A DNA stretch of 64,000 nt, taken from Strigamia acuminata. Lineage: Eukaryota. Of this stretch, positions 35,457-50,248 are shown piece after piece; the stretch's first letter is position 1, and every line of letters starts with the position of its first letter. The notes under the pieces are model-generated. The model was not told the origin of the DNA. It saw nothing but the letters and a program-made list of their open reading frames with translations, and did not search any database. The translations under genes were made by a program, and so were the position numbers. Location: the NCBI GenBank assembly GCA_949358305.1, contig OX442314.1:14074001-14138000 (forward strand), given 5' to 3'.

Positions 35457-36446
35457 TTCCGTCCTCGTTATCTAACCCTAAAATGTTTTTTTCTATGAAA
35501 ATAGGGTTAGGTTTTGTGCAAGGTTTAGTGAATTGCCTGGCGTGTACAAACGAAATCTAAACTGGAGTGCAAGAATAAGCGATAAATCGCACAAGTCTAA
35601 ATTAATATTTTACTTTTTAGCAAGAATAGAGTTACTTAATTTAATTTAAGATGTAAAACAATTGATCGATCGAATGATGCAATACATTTCCTATACAATT
35701 AGCGTGATTTAAGGAAACATTAGATGTTTGAATTATGTGTCTGGGACTGTCCATCTTGTGCTTTAAGCGAGGCTTTAAATCATTAAGAGAAAAAAACAAC
35801 AAAACGAGACGTTATTTCTATTCATTAATTTCATTATGCTTTTATTACTTCTTCTGCCGAATTGGAAATTTAGCCAAATTTATTCTCGAAATGCAAGACT
35901 AGTTCATTAGAGATGAAAATGATTTTTTTTCCATACATATTGCAGTTATAAACATTTCTTTTTTTAAGTTACATACAAACCACTTTTGTTTTGTCAGCTA
36001 AAACTTATTAACAACAAAAAAAGTTACTTTAAATTAGGACGTAACAAAAATATGCTTTAACAAAGTACTGTATCTGCATTTAACGGCCTTTTTTTAATTT
36101 TAACAGTTCAATATTTACAGATAATTAAAAAATATCAATTCTGAAAATATTTAACCAATTATTAAATAAAATTAAAAAATGTGTAACCAGACACTTGCGA
36201 AAGAAAAAAACACACACAAAGAAATAATTTCAAGTACAATAATTGCAATTTCTTAAAGTGACCAGTTCTTCCTCTTCTTCATAAACAATATCACGCAAAC
36301 TAATCTACGGAGTGTTGTAAGTGAGAGAAATATACACATTTTTTTTTAAATTTTACACTTTCAAATGTTTAAATTACAACTTGGGTGCAAATTCAACGCA
36401 AATACTAATAATATAACATTCAATAAACATTTTATTTCATTAAATT

Positions 36447-38741
36447 TCAAGGTGTTATGCTGCGTATAGGAAAAATGAGGCCCTTTGCTTGCATAAATCT
36501 TAAATCCGGCAATTTATTCAGCACAAGTTGAGCTTCATGAGAAATAGCAGCAGATGCGTTCGTTTGCATGAAACTACTGGCACTGAGTTTGGCACTTGAT
36601 AAAATTTGTTCCAGCAAAGGTGATACTTTAGCACTGTGTTCTGTACAATTAATATCTGAATCTGCAGTATCAGATCCTAACAGTTCATTCTCCAAGCCTA
36701 AATAATAAAAAATAAATAAAAGAAAATCGAATTAACATCAGGAGCAAAGTCTGAAACAAAATCCACAACAAAAAGTACAAATTATGTAAACAACATTCCA
36801 GGAATTTCAATAATGAACGTCTCAAATTTCACATTAACTTACTCCAAGTAGTAGTTGAAACAGGATTACCGGATCCAATTTCAATAGTGAAGAAAAAATC
36901 CAAATCGAGCAAGGCAGAAGCACCATTAGAGGCTAAGATAAATTATCCTATTTAAGTGTTAGTTTTGAACCACACACCACGAGCATTTTTGTTAGTTTTA
37001 TTACAATTCATGCCTACTTTTTTTATTTTTCACGAAAAAATTAATTTTTTAATAATTTACCATCAAGAGGATTGATAAGGCCACTGCTGTTCCAATCAAA
37101 TTGAGCTGGTGGTATGAATTCCTGCAATTAGAAACGAAAAAACAATTTTAAATTCGTTCGTTTCATCTTAAGAGAAAAAAACAAAACCTGAGGAGATGAA
37201 GCGATCGATTCTTTATCTTCTGCCAATTCATTCGTCTTCAGGGAAGTCCTCGTCGGTTCCAAAGGGTTCAAACTGAGATTAGCAGCGAACAGAGGGACGG
37301 AAGAATTCCAGTTATGGCCAAACAACTGGGCAATTCGAGCAATTAATAAATTGTGTAAACATATTTTTACATATGCTCTCACATGGCCCAAAAATTATAT
37401 TAATTAAAACCCATTAACCCCGAATCAAATCCCTTTTATGAAAAAACAACCGTACCAAATTTCGTGAATCTATGTTGATGGCTCTCAATAATTTCTTATT
37501 ACAACTCGAATTATTCCATTGGAACGAAATTGCGTCGGTTTTCTCCGTGTCGCGTACGTGACACCAAATATTGCAACTAAATTACATTATTACAGATTTA
37601 ATTTAATAATACGATTTAATTTTAGCACAAAATAATACTTTAAAGATGCATCTTCGGGAACATCGCTCGTCTTACTATAGTTGTCGAGGCTCTCGATCAC
37701 TTCTTCGTGAAGTATGGAATTCGTCGTGAAAGAACTATGCAACACTTTAGTTGCTTGTGGAATGCTAATCGATATCTGTAAAATTTTTAAAAAAATCGAT
37801 TAATATTTAGTGGAATTTATTCGTTAACTTGTTAATTTTACAGAGGGAATGGAATCAGCGGCATCAACATCATCAAAATGCGCTTCAAAATTCGCTTCAA
37901 ATTGAGGACTCGTTCTGTCGTTACTGAAATAAAAATCCGTTTGTTTTTCTTTCTCTTCACACTTGTTCTCGAACGTTTGCGCGGCGGATTGTAACGTGTC
38001 ATCGGATGGCGGGGAAACAAAATCTGAAAACTCATCGTCTTCATCATCTGCTTGAACGGTCTGAGGGACAGCGACGAAACTTAGCCATTCACTATTACTA
38101 CAATCGTCACCATCTTGATTGAATGTTTGATTTGAATCGTCGATCGAATTTTCAGCCTGCTCAATTCCGAGATTCAAATCGAAGATGTCAACATCGGTTT
38201 TTGGAAAGACCGGGGGTAATTCATCGTTAAAATCTGTAAAATCGTTCTGATATCCGGCTGAATAGTCACTAAATTCACACGGAGCAAAAAAACTCCCAAA
38301 TTCATCACTATGATCGTCACAATTTACAGATTCCTTAGTTCGTTTCACGTCATTGGAATTACAAAATGTTTCAGCATCTGAATTGTTTTCTTCGACAGGA
38401 ATACGACTAGTGGATGGTTGCAAATCTGCAGTAACTGCTGGAATGTCTTCGTCGTTTTCTTCCGAATTCGTACCGTTAATATCGGGTTCATTATGGCTCA
38501 CTGGTTCGATTGAATTTGCAAAAGTTTCTGTTTGATTAGTTAATGATTGGTCCCCATTTGCAGTTTCCTTTAGACCTTCAGTTTCGCTTTTTTCTAGTAC
38601 AACTGATGATTTTCTTTCCGTGACTTTGTCGTTACATAAATGCTTCGCGATTGTGAAGTTGCCGAACTCATCATCGTCGTCTTCATCGTCATTCAACGGC
38701 GGCGGACTTGACGGTAAATACGGTATAAAATTAGATGTCAT
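36447..38741 (-). CDS. AFTPH: aftiphilin-like clathrin/AP-1 accessory protein (multi-exon)
   Basis: N-terminal SSPPPL.DDEDDDDEFGNF, repeated DEFGSF/DEFSDF motifs, FQWNNS..NKKLL..INID.RN, PLFAANL...PLEP, FDWNSSGLINPLD, clathrin box LLDLD, LPDLRFM.AK.LIFP. Confidence 0.9.
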
Positions 38742-39491
38742 CACGGTTAGAATTTGCTATTTCTGAAATTACGGTGAGAATTAAACACACGATTTATTCG
38801 TTGCGAGCACACCTTACTTTATGCCGGTGCTCACAGAAGGCACGGGAGAATTAAAATTACATCACGCGATGCGCGTATGCAATTAGCCCGTAATTGCGAT
38901 ACTTTGTTAGACATTCTTTTTGGCAATGTATCGGTATAATCATAACCACAAATAATTTATGTTGCGGTTGCTAAAATAGAGATATGTTGACATACGTCAA
39001 TATTGAGCTGTGAATACAGCGGAAGTTGAGACATGGAACACATGCGCACTATTTATTTCTTCAAATGTGTATTTTTTTATTGAAAAATTAAAAGGTTTTA
39101 TTGAAATTAATATAATACAAATTTAGAAAACAAATTTATTGAAATTTTAAAACACAAACATAAGTTTTAATTAATTATGACGACATGAATAAAAAGGCGA
39201 AAAACGCCATGTAATAAGATTTCGGCTTTCACTAAAACCTGTTTATTTCAAATTCGGCCAAATAAATTACACAAGTAAACTCTAATCATATTACTTTATT
39301 CGTAAAATACATTTTTATAAACCTGTACATCATTTTTCTAGCAAAATAAAACTATTTGTTAATGTTTTCGAGAAATTTTCCGTTTTAGTGCGGGACCTAT
39401 TTCACCTTTTCTAGTTAACGTTTACTAAGCAAAATTGCGGCTTCGTCCAAACAGGGATAAGAAAATTTAACGTTTCTAACATTCTATAACG

Positions 39492-40733
<1,242 letters not shown>

Positions 40734-40986
40734 TTGTAACCAAACAAAATTGTTATAATAATAAAACAACACTTTTACATAATTAAAGTACACGTGAATT
40801 GACAATAAAACATAACAATTTCTTCTGTTTGTTAATACATTGGAGTTAATCGTTTACCAAACCAACAATTCAACGTTAAATTCTCTCCAACGGAAGAATA
40901 CTGATAGGAAGGAATGGTCAAAGTCACTATTGATGCTCAAAGTGTTGTCAAAAGAAAAAAATCGTTCAGTTCTCCAATTTTTCGTG

Positions 40987-41261
40987 TCAAATGTATCCGA
41001 AATATCCCAATGCACTTTTGGTATAACGCGGAAGAAAGATATACGTGGTGTATGTTGACATTGCAGTAATGGCCACCAGTATCGTATCTATCAAATTGGA
41101 CGAAAAAGAAACATTAGGCCTATGAAACGAATACAAAAGACGTAAAACATACTGAATAACTTCTTTTCCCACGGTTCTAACATGTACAAGGCAGTTAGCA
41201 ATTCATATTGGAAATGTAAATATTGTAGGTAATTAACAAAACGTTGCCATAGACTTGGCAT
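40987..41261 (-). CDS. SPTSSA: serine palmitoyltransferase small subunit (69 aa; exons 41261-41153, 41087-40987)
   Basis: Manual splicing gives MPSLWQRFVNYLQYLHFQYELLTALYMLEPWEKKLFNTILVAITAMSTYTTYIFLPRYTKSALGYFGYI. QY.L.TALYMLEPWE..FN is the ssSPT signature. Confidence 0.93.
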
Positions 41262-41641
41262 GTTTACTACAACGCCGATTCAACCGAACAGAACCACGCC
41301 ACAGCCCTTCGCTAAAGGAAATATAGTTACCGTTATCTGACGAAAGATGTCTCCACTCGCACGAGAAAGGTTTGTTGACCTTTCACCTAACCTTTTTCCA
41401 TTTATGTTTATTATTATAATTAAATTGTTCAAACTTCAAACATGAAATGATTTTTATTTTAATATCTTTGAACATTATGCAACAAGAATATATTACTTTA
41501 TGAATTATTTACAGTAACGCTGTTTTATACAAAAAAAAACAAGATTTAAAAAACTATTTTCAAGCAAATAATACATTTTTATTTTACAAGGCATTTAATG
41601 GTTCTTTTTCTTGTATGAAGTTATTGGTGCGGTAATATTTT

Positions 41642-44600
41642 TTAGTCCGTAGCTGTCTTGTAAATATTCGCAACGAGGTGCATCAAAGCTTCACATTTAT
41701 CATGTAAATGCACGTTCAGTTTTTCCGCTTGCTTTTGTCTTTCTTCCGTGATCTGAAGCGCTTTCATGAGTTGTGCGTTTTCCACGTACAAGTCTTTGAC
41801 AATTTTATCCGACGTCTTTAACTGAAATAATAAAACATTTCCAAAAACCATTAAAAATTTATTTTTAATACGTACAAGATAGTTGAGAAGAAAAAAAAAA
41901 AACAGCAACACAAGAAAAAAAGCAAAGCAAACACGTATTAACAGTCGGCAAGTTTGGCAAAGGCTCGTGCTTACCTTTAGCCCATTAATAAGGAAAAATA
42001 AGAGCAGATCCAGACAACCAAGTTAAGTTACGAGACGCTAACTGGCAATGGTGAAATAAGATAGAAAAGAAAATAATAAAAGCCGAAATAAAAAAGAAAA
42101 TAAGAAAAACAAACTCCCGCCAACCAAAAGTATAAAAATAAAAAATAAAATAAAAACTTATTAAAATTGCACATACCTGATTTTCGTAATCAACTGCTTG
42201 TTGTTTCAACATACTTTGGGTATTAGCGAGTAATTCTTTAAATTGATTAATTTCTTTATGGTGCTGCTGATTATTCACTAAATAAATAAAGTTATTTTTA
42301 GTTATAATTAACATTTAAGTGATTAAACAACCAAAATCGTACTCTTTTGCAGTTTAAGCGCTTCTACCGCTTGCGTCCTAGCAGCTTCTTCGAGGAATTT
42401 ACATCGCTTTTCCAAATGATTAAGTCTTTGGTTTAAGTTGTGCATCACGTTAATTTCGACTACGCAACTTCCTGCACCGGGTGACGCAGCAGACAGACTT
42501 TCGGTAACAAAACTCTCCGATGAAAACTCAACCGATGTATGATTGTGTTCGCTGGAATTGCACTGGAATAAATTTTTTTCATTTTTTAGAATTAAAAACC
42601 CAATGTTATCTTAATCAAAACAATCACCTCTTGATCTGAAAATGCGCCTCTACTCTGCAAATCTGTTCGTAAATCGTTTATTTCCTTTTCTAAATGAGAT
42701 TTCAAACTCTGTAAATTCAGATCATATTTTTGTCGAATTAAAAAGGCAAATCAAGAAATGGATCGGGATCGTTTAAAACGTACTTGCAATTGATTACACT
42801 TCTCGGTCAACTGCAATTCTTCGCTTTTCAATTTTTCGATCGTTTCGTCGTACTTATTGTCCGCTTCGGTTTGAGTTTCCGTTTCGTCGACCTCCTTTGG
42901 CTCAGATTCCTCGCTATCAGATTCCAAGATGGCGTTGAGTTGGTGTTCCAAGTCGGAAATTTTCGCAGCCGACTGTTCTTCGATGATTTTCAATTTTTGG
43001 CTGTATTTCTCCACCTCGATTTTCCACTTCAAACAGTCGTCCTGCGCAACTTGCAGTATTTGATTTCTTTCGTTGATTATTTGCTCCAATTCGCAGCACT
43101 TCCTCTCGACCTCTTCCAACTGCTCGTCAAAGTTCCCAAAATAAAGTCGGTCGTCATCTTTCAACCATTTCTCCAAATTATCACAAACAGTTCCCACTAA
43201 ATAAGTATAATGCGTGCAACTCATCAGTCCACTCCCGCACAAATTTCCCATTCTTCCCACAACATCTTTGGTTCGCTTCAAAAACTCCGCCAACAAAACG
43301 AGCAGCGACTTCGCCAGCGCACCCGTAGAGTTAACATTAGCTATCGGATGGACTAATTTATCCACAATCAACTGCAACAAATCACTAGAAATGTGAAGCA
43401 CTTTGGTATTCCCATTCGAAAAAATCATGGGCGTCGAATCCCCAGCTGCCATTTGAATGTCACAAGTTGATTGTAAATTGTCGCTCAATTTATCCCTGAG
43501 TGTTAAATATTTCTGTTCGAAAACGGAAAGTAATTCGTCGCCTTGAACTTCTCTAACTAGCGACATTTCGAGTTCGTTCAAAGCCACTTCTAAATTCGCC
43601 TTCAGTCGTTCGCATCTGTCGCTCATGATGCTTATTTCAGTTTGACTCGATACATTGACGAGTTGGTTATTTGTGCGCTTTACAACGGCATCGTCTAACC
43701 GCACTTGCAAATTCCGCACGTCCACTCCGTGTTTCAGTTGCAGGTTATCCAACTGCTGCTGCAAGTTGTCTCTTTCCCACTCTAATTCCTCCAATCGCCG
43801 CTTCTGTTGATTATCCACGTACACTTCCGATTCGCATTCCTCGTTCAACATTTCTTCGGTTATTTGCTTTCTCAAGTAAACAAAAACTTGCTTAATCTCG
43901 CACATTGCCGCTACGGGTGACCGAATGTTGTTGTGTATGGCCAATTCCTCATTTAAGCATTGTTTCTGCCAATTTGAGTCACAACTATCGTCGTCGTCTT
44001 CTGAATTCACTTCCATTTTCATATAGCTGTGGCCTACCATTAATAAAAAAAATTATTTAAAAAAAAATATACATAATTTTTAAATTTAAAAAAAAAATTA
44101 ATTTCTAACTATTCGCCAATCCTTAACTATTCTGCATAGTTTTTATTCATTCTCGTACATACAAATCATTACATCAAGGGAAAAATAATAATTTTTACCT
44201 CAAAATGAGAAAATGAAATAAAAAAACACAGAAACCCCACTAATATTTATAAAGTGAATAGAATACGATAATAAAAGTACGGAGAAAAATATAATAAATA
44301 AAGAGAAAAATAATTAAACAACTTCATTAAAATCTTTTTTTAAAAATAGTAAAACGTATCGCTCCGCAATTTGCCGCTTTTTTTAATATATATTTCATCG
44401 CTTTTCGGCCGATTGCGAAGTAAAACGCTATTAAAAAGGAAAAAAATGAACAAGAAAATAAAATAAGTAAAAATAAAACTTTACATGCAACGAGACAAAA
44501 TGAAAGCAAAGTCTAATCTACTCCCATATATATACAAATACAAATAAATGGAAAATTAAATTGAAAAATAATTAATCAGTGGCACTCCAACTGTTTCTCG

Positions 44601-47600
44601 TTTACTCATCCATCCATGTACAAGCACTGATCCCAATCTTCAGAAAATATCTTCTGGCTGGTCTGCAAGCCAGTAAAAACAAGTCAACTTTTTTTTCTTC
44701 AAAATTATTTTCTTTTTTAAATAATTCAAACACCAAATAAAATAAACCAACCCATCTTTTTGTTTATTTATTAAGACTTGAACCAGCGAAAACATGCGAG
44801 CAAAAGGAGAAGAAGAAGAAAAAGAAGACAGAGTGCAAGTGCTTCCCACCAAGTAATTAATGAATTAATGCTTATTATTTAATTTTTTTGTCACTTTGAA
44901 ACCTAACAACACCAGTTTAATGCCTTAAAAGCAACATATAAGCAACGTACCTAAATCGGATCCGGTGTAATCGACTTCTTGAGTCCTACAATGAATTTTT
45001 CCCAGTCTTGGACTCAGAGAATCCTCGACATCTAGAAAAAAGCCAAAATATTATCACAGTATTTTGTCATCTAGTTGGTAAATACCTTCGCTAGGTGTAG
45101 TTTCGTGTCCCCTTCGCTTCACGGCGGAATTTCGAACGTATTCCCCCAAAGACGACCCGTTTCGTTTATGACACGCAGCTTTAGCGGATGGCCTCGATGA
45201 AATTTGTTGTCTCAACGACTCGATTTGCAACGCTAATTCGTCATTTTCATCTTTCAACGACTGGTTTTCAAGTTTCAATGACTGCAATTCCATCAATAAT
45301 TTTTCGTAATGTTGTTCTTGAATTTTTCCCGATTCCAGTTCATCCAACTGAAATAAAAATTTAATAAATTTAAAAATTGTTTTTATTTTTTAGTAAGATA
45401 AAAAAAAATCCGAGTTGTACCTTCTGGCGTAACGTAGCAACTGCTTCCAACTCCATCATTCGACTGTGATTAATTTTTTCACATTCCTTTAGTTTATCAG
45501 TTAATTCCCTCACTTCGCTTTCAAAACGATCGTTTTCCTGTTAAAAACAAATCGAATTAAAATTAGTTTTCATCACTACCAAATTGAACCAATATTGTGT
45601 CGTACAGCTTGCAACGTGTACACTTGATCTTTCGAATACGTCGACTCCTTTCTTAAAACCGCTATTTCATCTTGTAGAGCACTTTGTGCTTTTAGCACTT
45701 GAGCTGCAACTTGATCCTTTTCAGCACTCAATTCTTGTAGCAACACTTGTACTTGATCTTTGTATTTTTTCTCAATAAGCCTAATTTAAAAAAAATAATT
45801 AAATAAATTAAGTTTCAAATACAATTTTTAAATTTTAAATTTTAAAATTTCTTACCGGATTTTATTCTGACTGGCTTTCTCTAACTTAGCATTTTGATCA
45901 TCGACCTCTTGGGCTAACATGGAAGCTCGAAAATTAGCCTCCGTTACGTCCGTTTTTAACTTATTTCTTTCTTCCTTTAACTGATCCAATGAGTTTCTAC
46001 GAAAACAAATAAAACACTTGCAATTAGTACTAATACAAACAACCAAAATATATTCCCAACCTCGAATATTTCAGCTCCTGTTGTACAGTAGCAAATGCTA
46101 ACTGTCGATGATAATTATCGTCCGAAGATGTTATTACATTTTCCATGATGTTTGACAAATCCAGCAGTGAAATAACCGAAGAATAAAGTCCAAAATCCTA
46201 ATAATAATTTTAAAAATTATTCAATTATCACAAATATCCGATAAGACAACTCAATTAATTTCGATAAGACATTATATCTACAAAGTTCAATTTCACCTTG
46301 AGTATTTGAGTTCCATTTTGATATCCCAGCGTCTCCCAAAATTCTATAACAGTCTCCCGACTGACGTGTCTGAAACGAACCAAAGTAAGACAAATATTTA
46401 GCAACTTATACAACAATTAGTAACCAAGTTAGTTCAAACAGATGGACTCCCAAGACATACCGCTAGAAAAAATATCTAACAACACGCAAAACCGAGTTGA
46501 ATATTCAGGCGATGCTGTTACAATCACATTTGCAGAAAAACCCCAGCCCAATAACGTACAAGACCCGGTTGAAAATACAGTCGATAGTGTTATAGACACA
46601 CTTGTACGAGAACCTCAGCATAAGAAATTCACCAACTGGTCGGTTTTCTTTATTATTTTAGCCATGGTCGGCCATTTAATAAATGTCGGTACCGACGTAG
46701 CAACCACAAAACTTTTATCAGACGAAGAAAATCAATATTGGTTCATTCTCACATTAGTTATAACGGTGCTACCGAGAGCAATAGCCAATGCCATCAGTTT
46801 CTATTGGCTTTGGCAGGAAAACGAGTGCCGAGGCCGGAGCCATTACGCCAGTTTAATGCACATGAGAAGTACCAGATGTTCGTGGATAATTCGAATTATT
46901 TCTCACGTTTTATTACTCGGACCAATTCTTAGGTGGTAAAAACAATTATTTATCCCTTTTACAAAAAAAAAAATATTTTTTACGATTTTTCAGATACGTA
47001 GATATGCTTAAATACGGTTTCAAAGCGCGAGAAATGAGTTCTACCAAACCGAGTCCTCATTTGAAAAAATGTGCCAATTATTACACCAGATACGTTACCG
47101 AGGACCGCGATTCGAGTTTACTAGCTTTAATAGAATCGTTTCTCGGCGATGCTTTGCAACTGGTGTTACAAATTTACATTTTACTTGTGCGCCCACCCAG
47201 CACAGACTTCACATTAACGAGTAAATTTAGTAAAAATGTTAAATTAATCAAAAATACTAATTTTTTCCCATAGGTGCAACTCAAATAGCATCCATAGTCG
47301 CCTCTCTCTGGGCAATTGCCTCGTCGATGACCAACTATCACTTAGCATTACGATTCGCCGTGCCCGACAAAAGGAATCTCAGTCCAATGGGAAGGATTTT
47401 TCAGTTTCTGTGGCGACTCGGAATGATCACATCGCGCGTGTTTGTACTCGCTCTTTTCGCTTCCGTATTTAAAATCTGGATGTTTGTATTAATCGGTTCA
47501 CACTGGTTACTCATGTGCGTTTGGATGATGTGCCAAAACACAGCAATGTGCGTAGACGAGAATGGAAAGTCGTCTTGTTTAACTGAAAAACTCTTTAATG

Positions 47601-49914
47601 GCGTGATGGCCGGTGTTCTCGTCATGTCATTCGTCAATGTCAAAGAGGGAGCTACTAGGATCAAAGCCTTTGTATATTATGTTATTGTTCTAGCCGAGGA
47701 TACCACCATGATAATCGTGTGGCATTTCTATTCGGACCAAAGTGTTTGGTACCATCTTCCGGCCATAATAGGAGTAGGTGTAAGTTTTGCGCTGGGCATT
47801 TTTTTCATGCTCGTTTATTACCGTTGTTTTCATCCGAACGGTAAAATGCCAGCGAGGGATCAACCGGCCGACTTGTTTTAAAGATAATAATTCTATTATT
47901 TACGGTATTTACCCTGAATTGTCCGGATCGATTGATGAAAACATTCCCGATTCTGATTCAGCTGCAACTTCACAACAGTCTTCTTCTGGTTTCAAGCTGC
48001 CAGACCAACTATGAGGTACACGCTAAAAAAATTACCGAATTAGTGACAAATTAAAACACTAATCAGTGACATAACGCACAAAAAACAGCACCAATCCAAA
48101 TTTTTAATTAAAAATTACTCATTTTTGCAATTATAGACGGAAATAATAAATATTAAAAGAATTTTTGTTAACATAATATTTCATAATATATTTTTTTTAA
48201 ATGTGATATCAGATGATTGGATGTGTTGTAACAGTTTATTTGCTTTAAAATTGAACTGTTTATTTTTCTAATACGTAATATAAATTAATGACAATATTAA
48301 AATTAAATTAATAAAGTAAATAATATGAATATATATGTGTACATAGTAAATTAATTAATTAAATACTATTCGAAAGTGCAATTCATTCGATCTGACCTTC
48401 AAATTATCATTTTTCAATCTTAGATAACAATTTATAATTAATGATATGTTCTTACTTGAGGGGTACTACTCTTTGATGAAGACCGACTGCTCGTAGCAGT
48501 GTTTGCATCACCGTTTTCAAATAAATGGCGAAACTCCTGAAAGCTTATTTTGCCATCTTGGTCAATGTCTAATTTATCAAACAACTGGCTGACCACCTGC
48601 AAAAAAAAAAAAAAAAAATTGTAAAAAAAATAAAAATTAATTAGAATTCTTCACATTTTCCACCAAAATAATAAAAATTAAAAACTTTTTCTCCCCAAAT
48701 AAAAAAAAATTAAAAAATCCCACCTATTTTAATCAAATTAATTTAAAATATATATATTTTTTTAAATGACATCATAATTTATTGTATTTATTTATTTAGG
48801 CTTGTCTTATCAATGTGCAACTTCATTCCTACCTCTTGAGATATATTCTCCATGCCAATATGCTGACACACTTTTTCGAGTTCCTCCAAGTCTAAAAATC
48901 CATTTTCCCCGACGGACAAAGTTTTCCATATCGCTTGCAAGTATTCATTTTCAGACTCGTTATCGTTATCAATCCGACTTCGATTAACATCGTTGCATTT
49001 AGATTCAGCTGTCAATTAAAGATTAAACACATTATTGTCGATCAGCAGTCTATTTACTATTATAATTACATTCAATATCACTAATACTGATATTTTGCAT
49101 AGTTTTGTCATCATTACTCCTTCGTTTTCGCTTCCTGAACGATGGTTGCGTATTTGTAATAGGTGATGCCAAAGGGCTGATTTCGTTCTAAAACAAAACA
49201 TTTTAACATAAAACGTATATTTGCTTGACACAAGATCGACGTACTGAGAAAGATGATTCAACGTCACACTTAATAACACTTAATGGAACTTTTTTACTTC
49301 GATCGCCACAACTTTGGTCCATCGAATCGTTACAAAACACTTCCAAATCTGAATAATCTGACAAAGCTTCATTTTCTAAATCTTCCAGATCGTCGGATTC
49401 AGGTCGTGAGCGCCGCCCATATTTTTTGTTCCCCCAAGTGTACTTTGGAGAAATTTCACTCTCTGGAATAAACACAAAAAAATAAAAATAAAAATAAAAA
49501 TTAACAAATCTAAAAATAAAATGCAGAACCAAATACTATACCGGGTGACGTCATCGGGAGATTGAAATCAACCGCTTCAGATTCATCTATGTAACTTGAT
49601 TGAGTCAAAAGAGCAACAAAACAATCTTTAAATTCATCAAAACTGACCTGAAACATTCAATTTCCATTGTAAAATACAACCTTCTTTATTTAATAATCAA
49701 TAAACAACACATGATCGAAGATAATTACCGTTCCGCCAGAGTTGTTTCTCAGCAGTCCATTAATCAAAAAACTTGCTTGGTCTTCTAATTGCAAGCGCTG
49801 ACACAACCGAACGAGTCCAGATTTATCCAAGTGACCCGATCCACTTAGGTCGCAGCTATTAAACACTTCCTCTAATTGAGCCACATATTGATTTTGTTCA
49901 ACTTGGCTATCCAT
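41642..49914 (-). CDS. NIN: ninein / ninein-like centrosomal dynein adaptor (many exons)
   Basis: N-terminal EF hands (QYVAQLEEVFNSCD.SG.G.LD; LFDKLDIDQDGKISFQEF; FSSIDPDNSG), RASMLAQEVDD, long coiled coils, and C-terminal KTSDKIVKDLYVENAQLMKALQITEERQK. Confidence 0.88.
46442..47881 (+). CDS. XK-related membrane protein (putative scramblase family), 3 exons, nested antisense in ninein intron 46370-47912
   Basis: LLLGPILR|Y, DRDSSLLALIESFLGDALQLVLQIYI, LWRLGMITSRVFVLALFAS, FVNVKEGATR, GIFFMLVYYRCFHPN. Confidence 0.9.
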
Positions 49915-50248
49915 CTCTTGAAATAAACAACGTCCAAACTAACATTCTGTATATATAAAAAAAATTTAAATAAATTAAAATCTCGATAATCTAAAAATAG
50001 TGCTTAATTACAAACAATCATCATCATCGAGATAAAAGCATAAAACATGACCGTAAAACGCAACAACGTGGCTGTATCAACACAAATCTAATCCTTCAAT
50101 CACTTTTCATTACTTACAAAGAAGATGGAAATTGACGTTTAATATTCATAACGACATTTTCGAGTTGTAATACTGAATAAAACCAATCGTTGGAATACTG
50201 AAAAACGTTTCGGGTACAAATTAAATGCTCTATACACAATTATTCTAA

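Noticed and set aside
35471..35510. Telomere-like TAACCCTA/TAGGGTTAG near the GFM2 start
   Set aside because: This is a single short inverted pair, not an array, and is too short to interpret.
38790..38915. H/ACA snoRNA on the plus strand (two hairpins, ACA-ttc end)
   Set aside because: The lower stems and pseudouridylation pockets are poor, and there is no plus-strand host transcript here.
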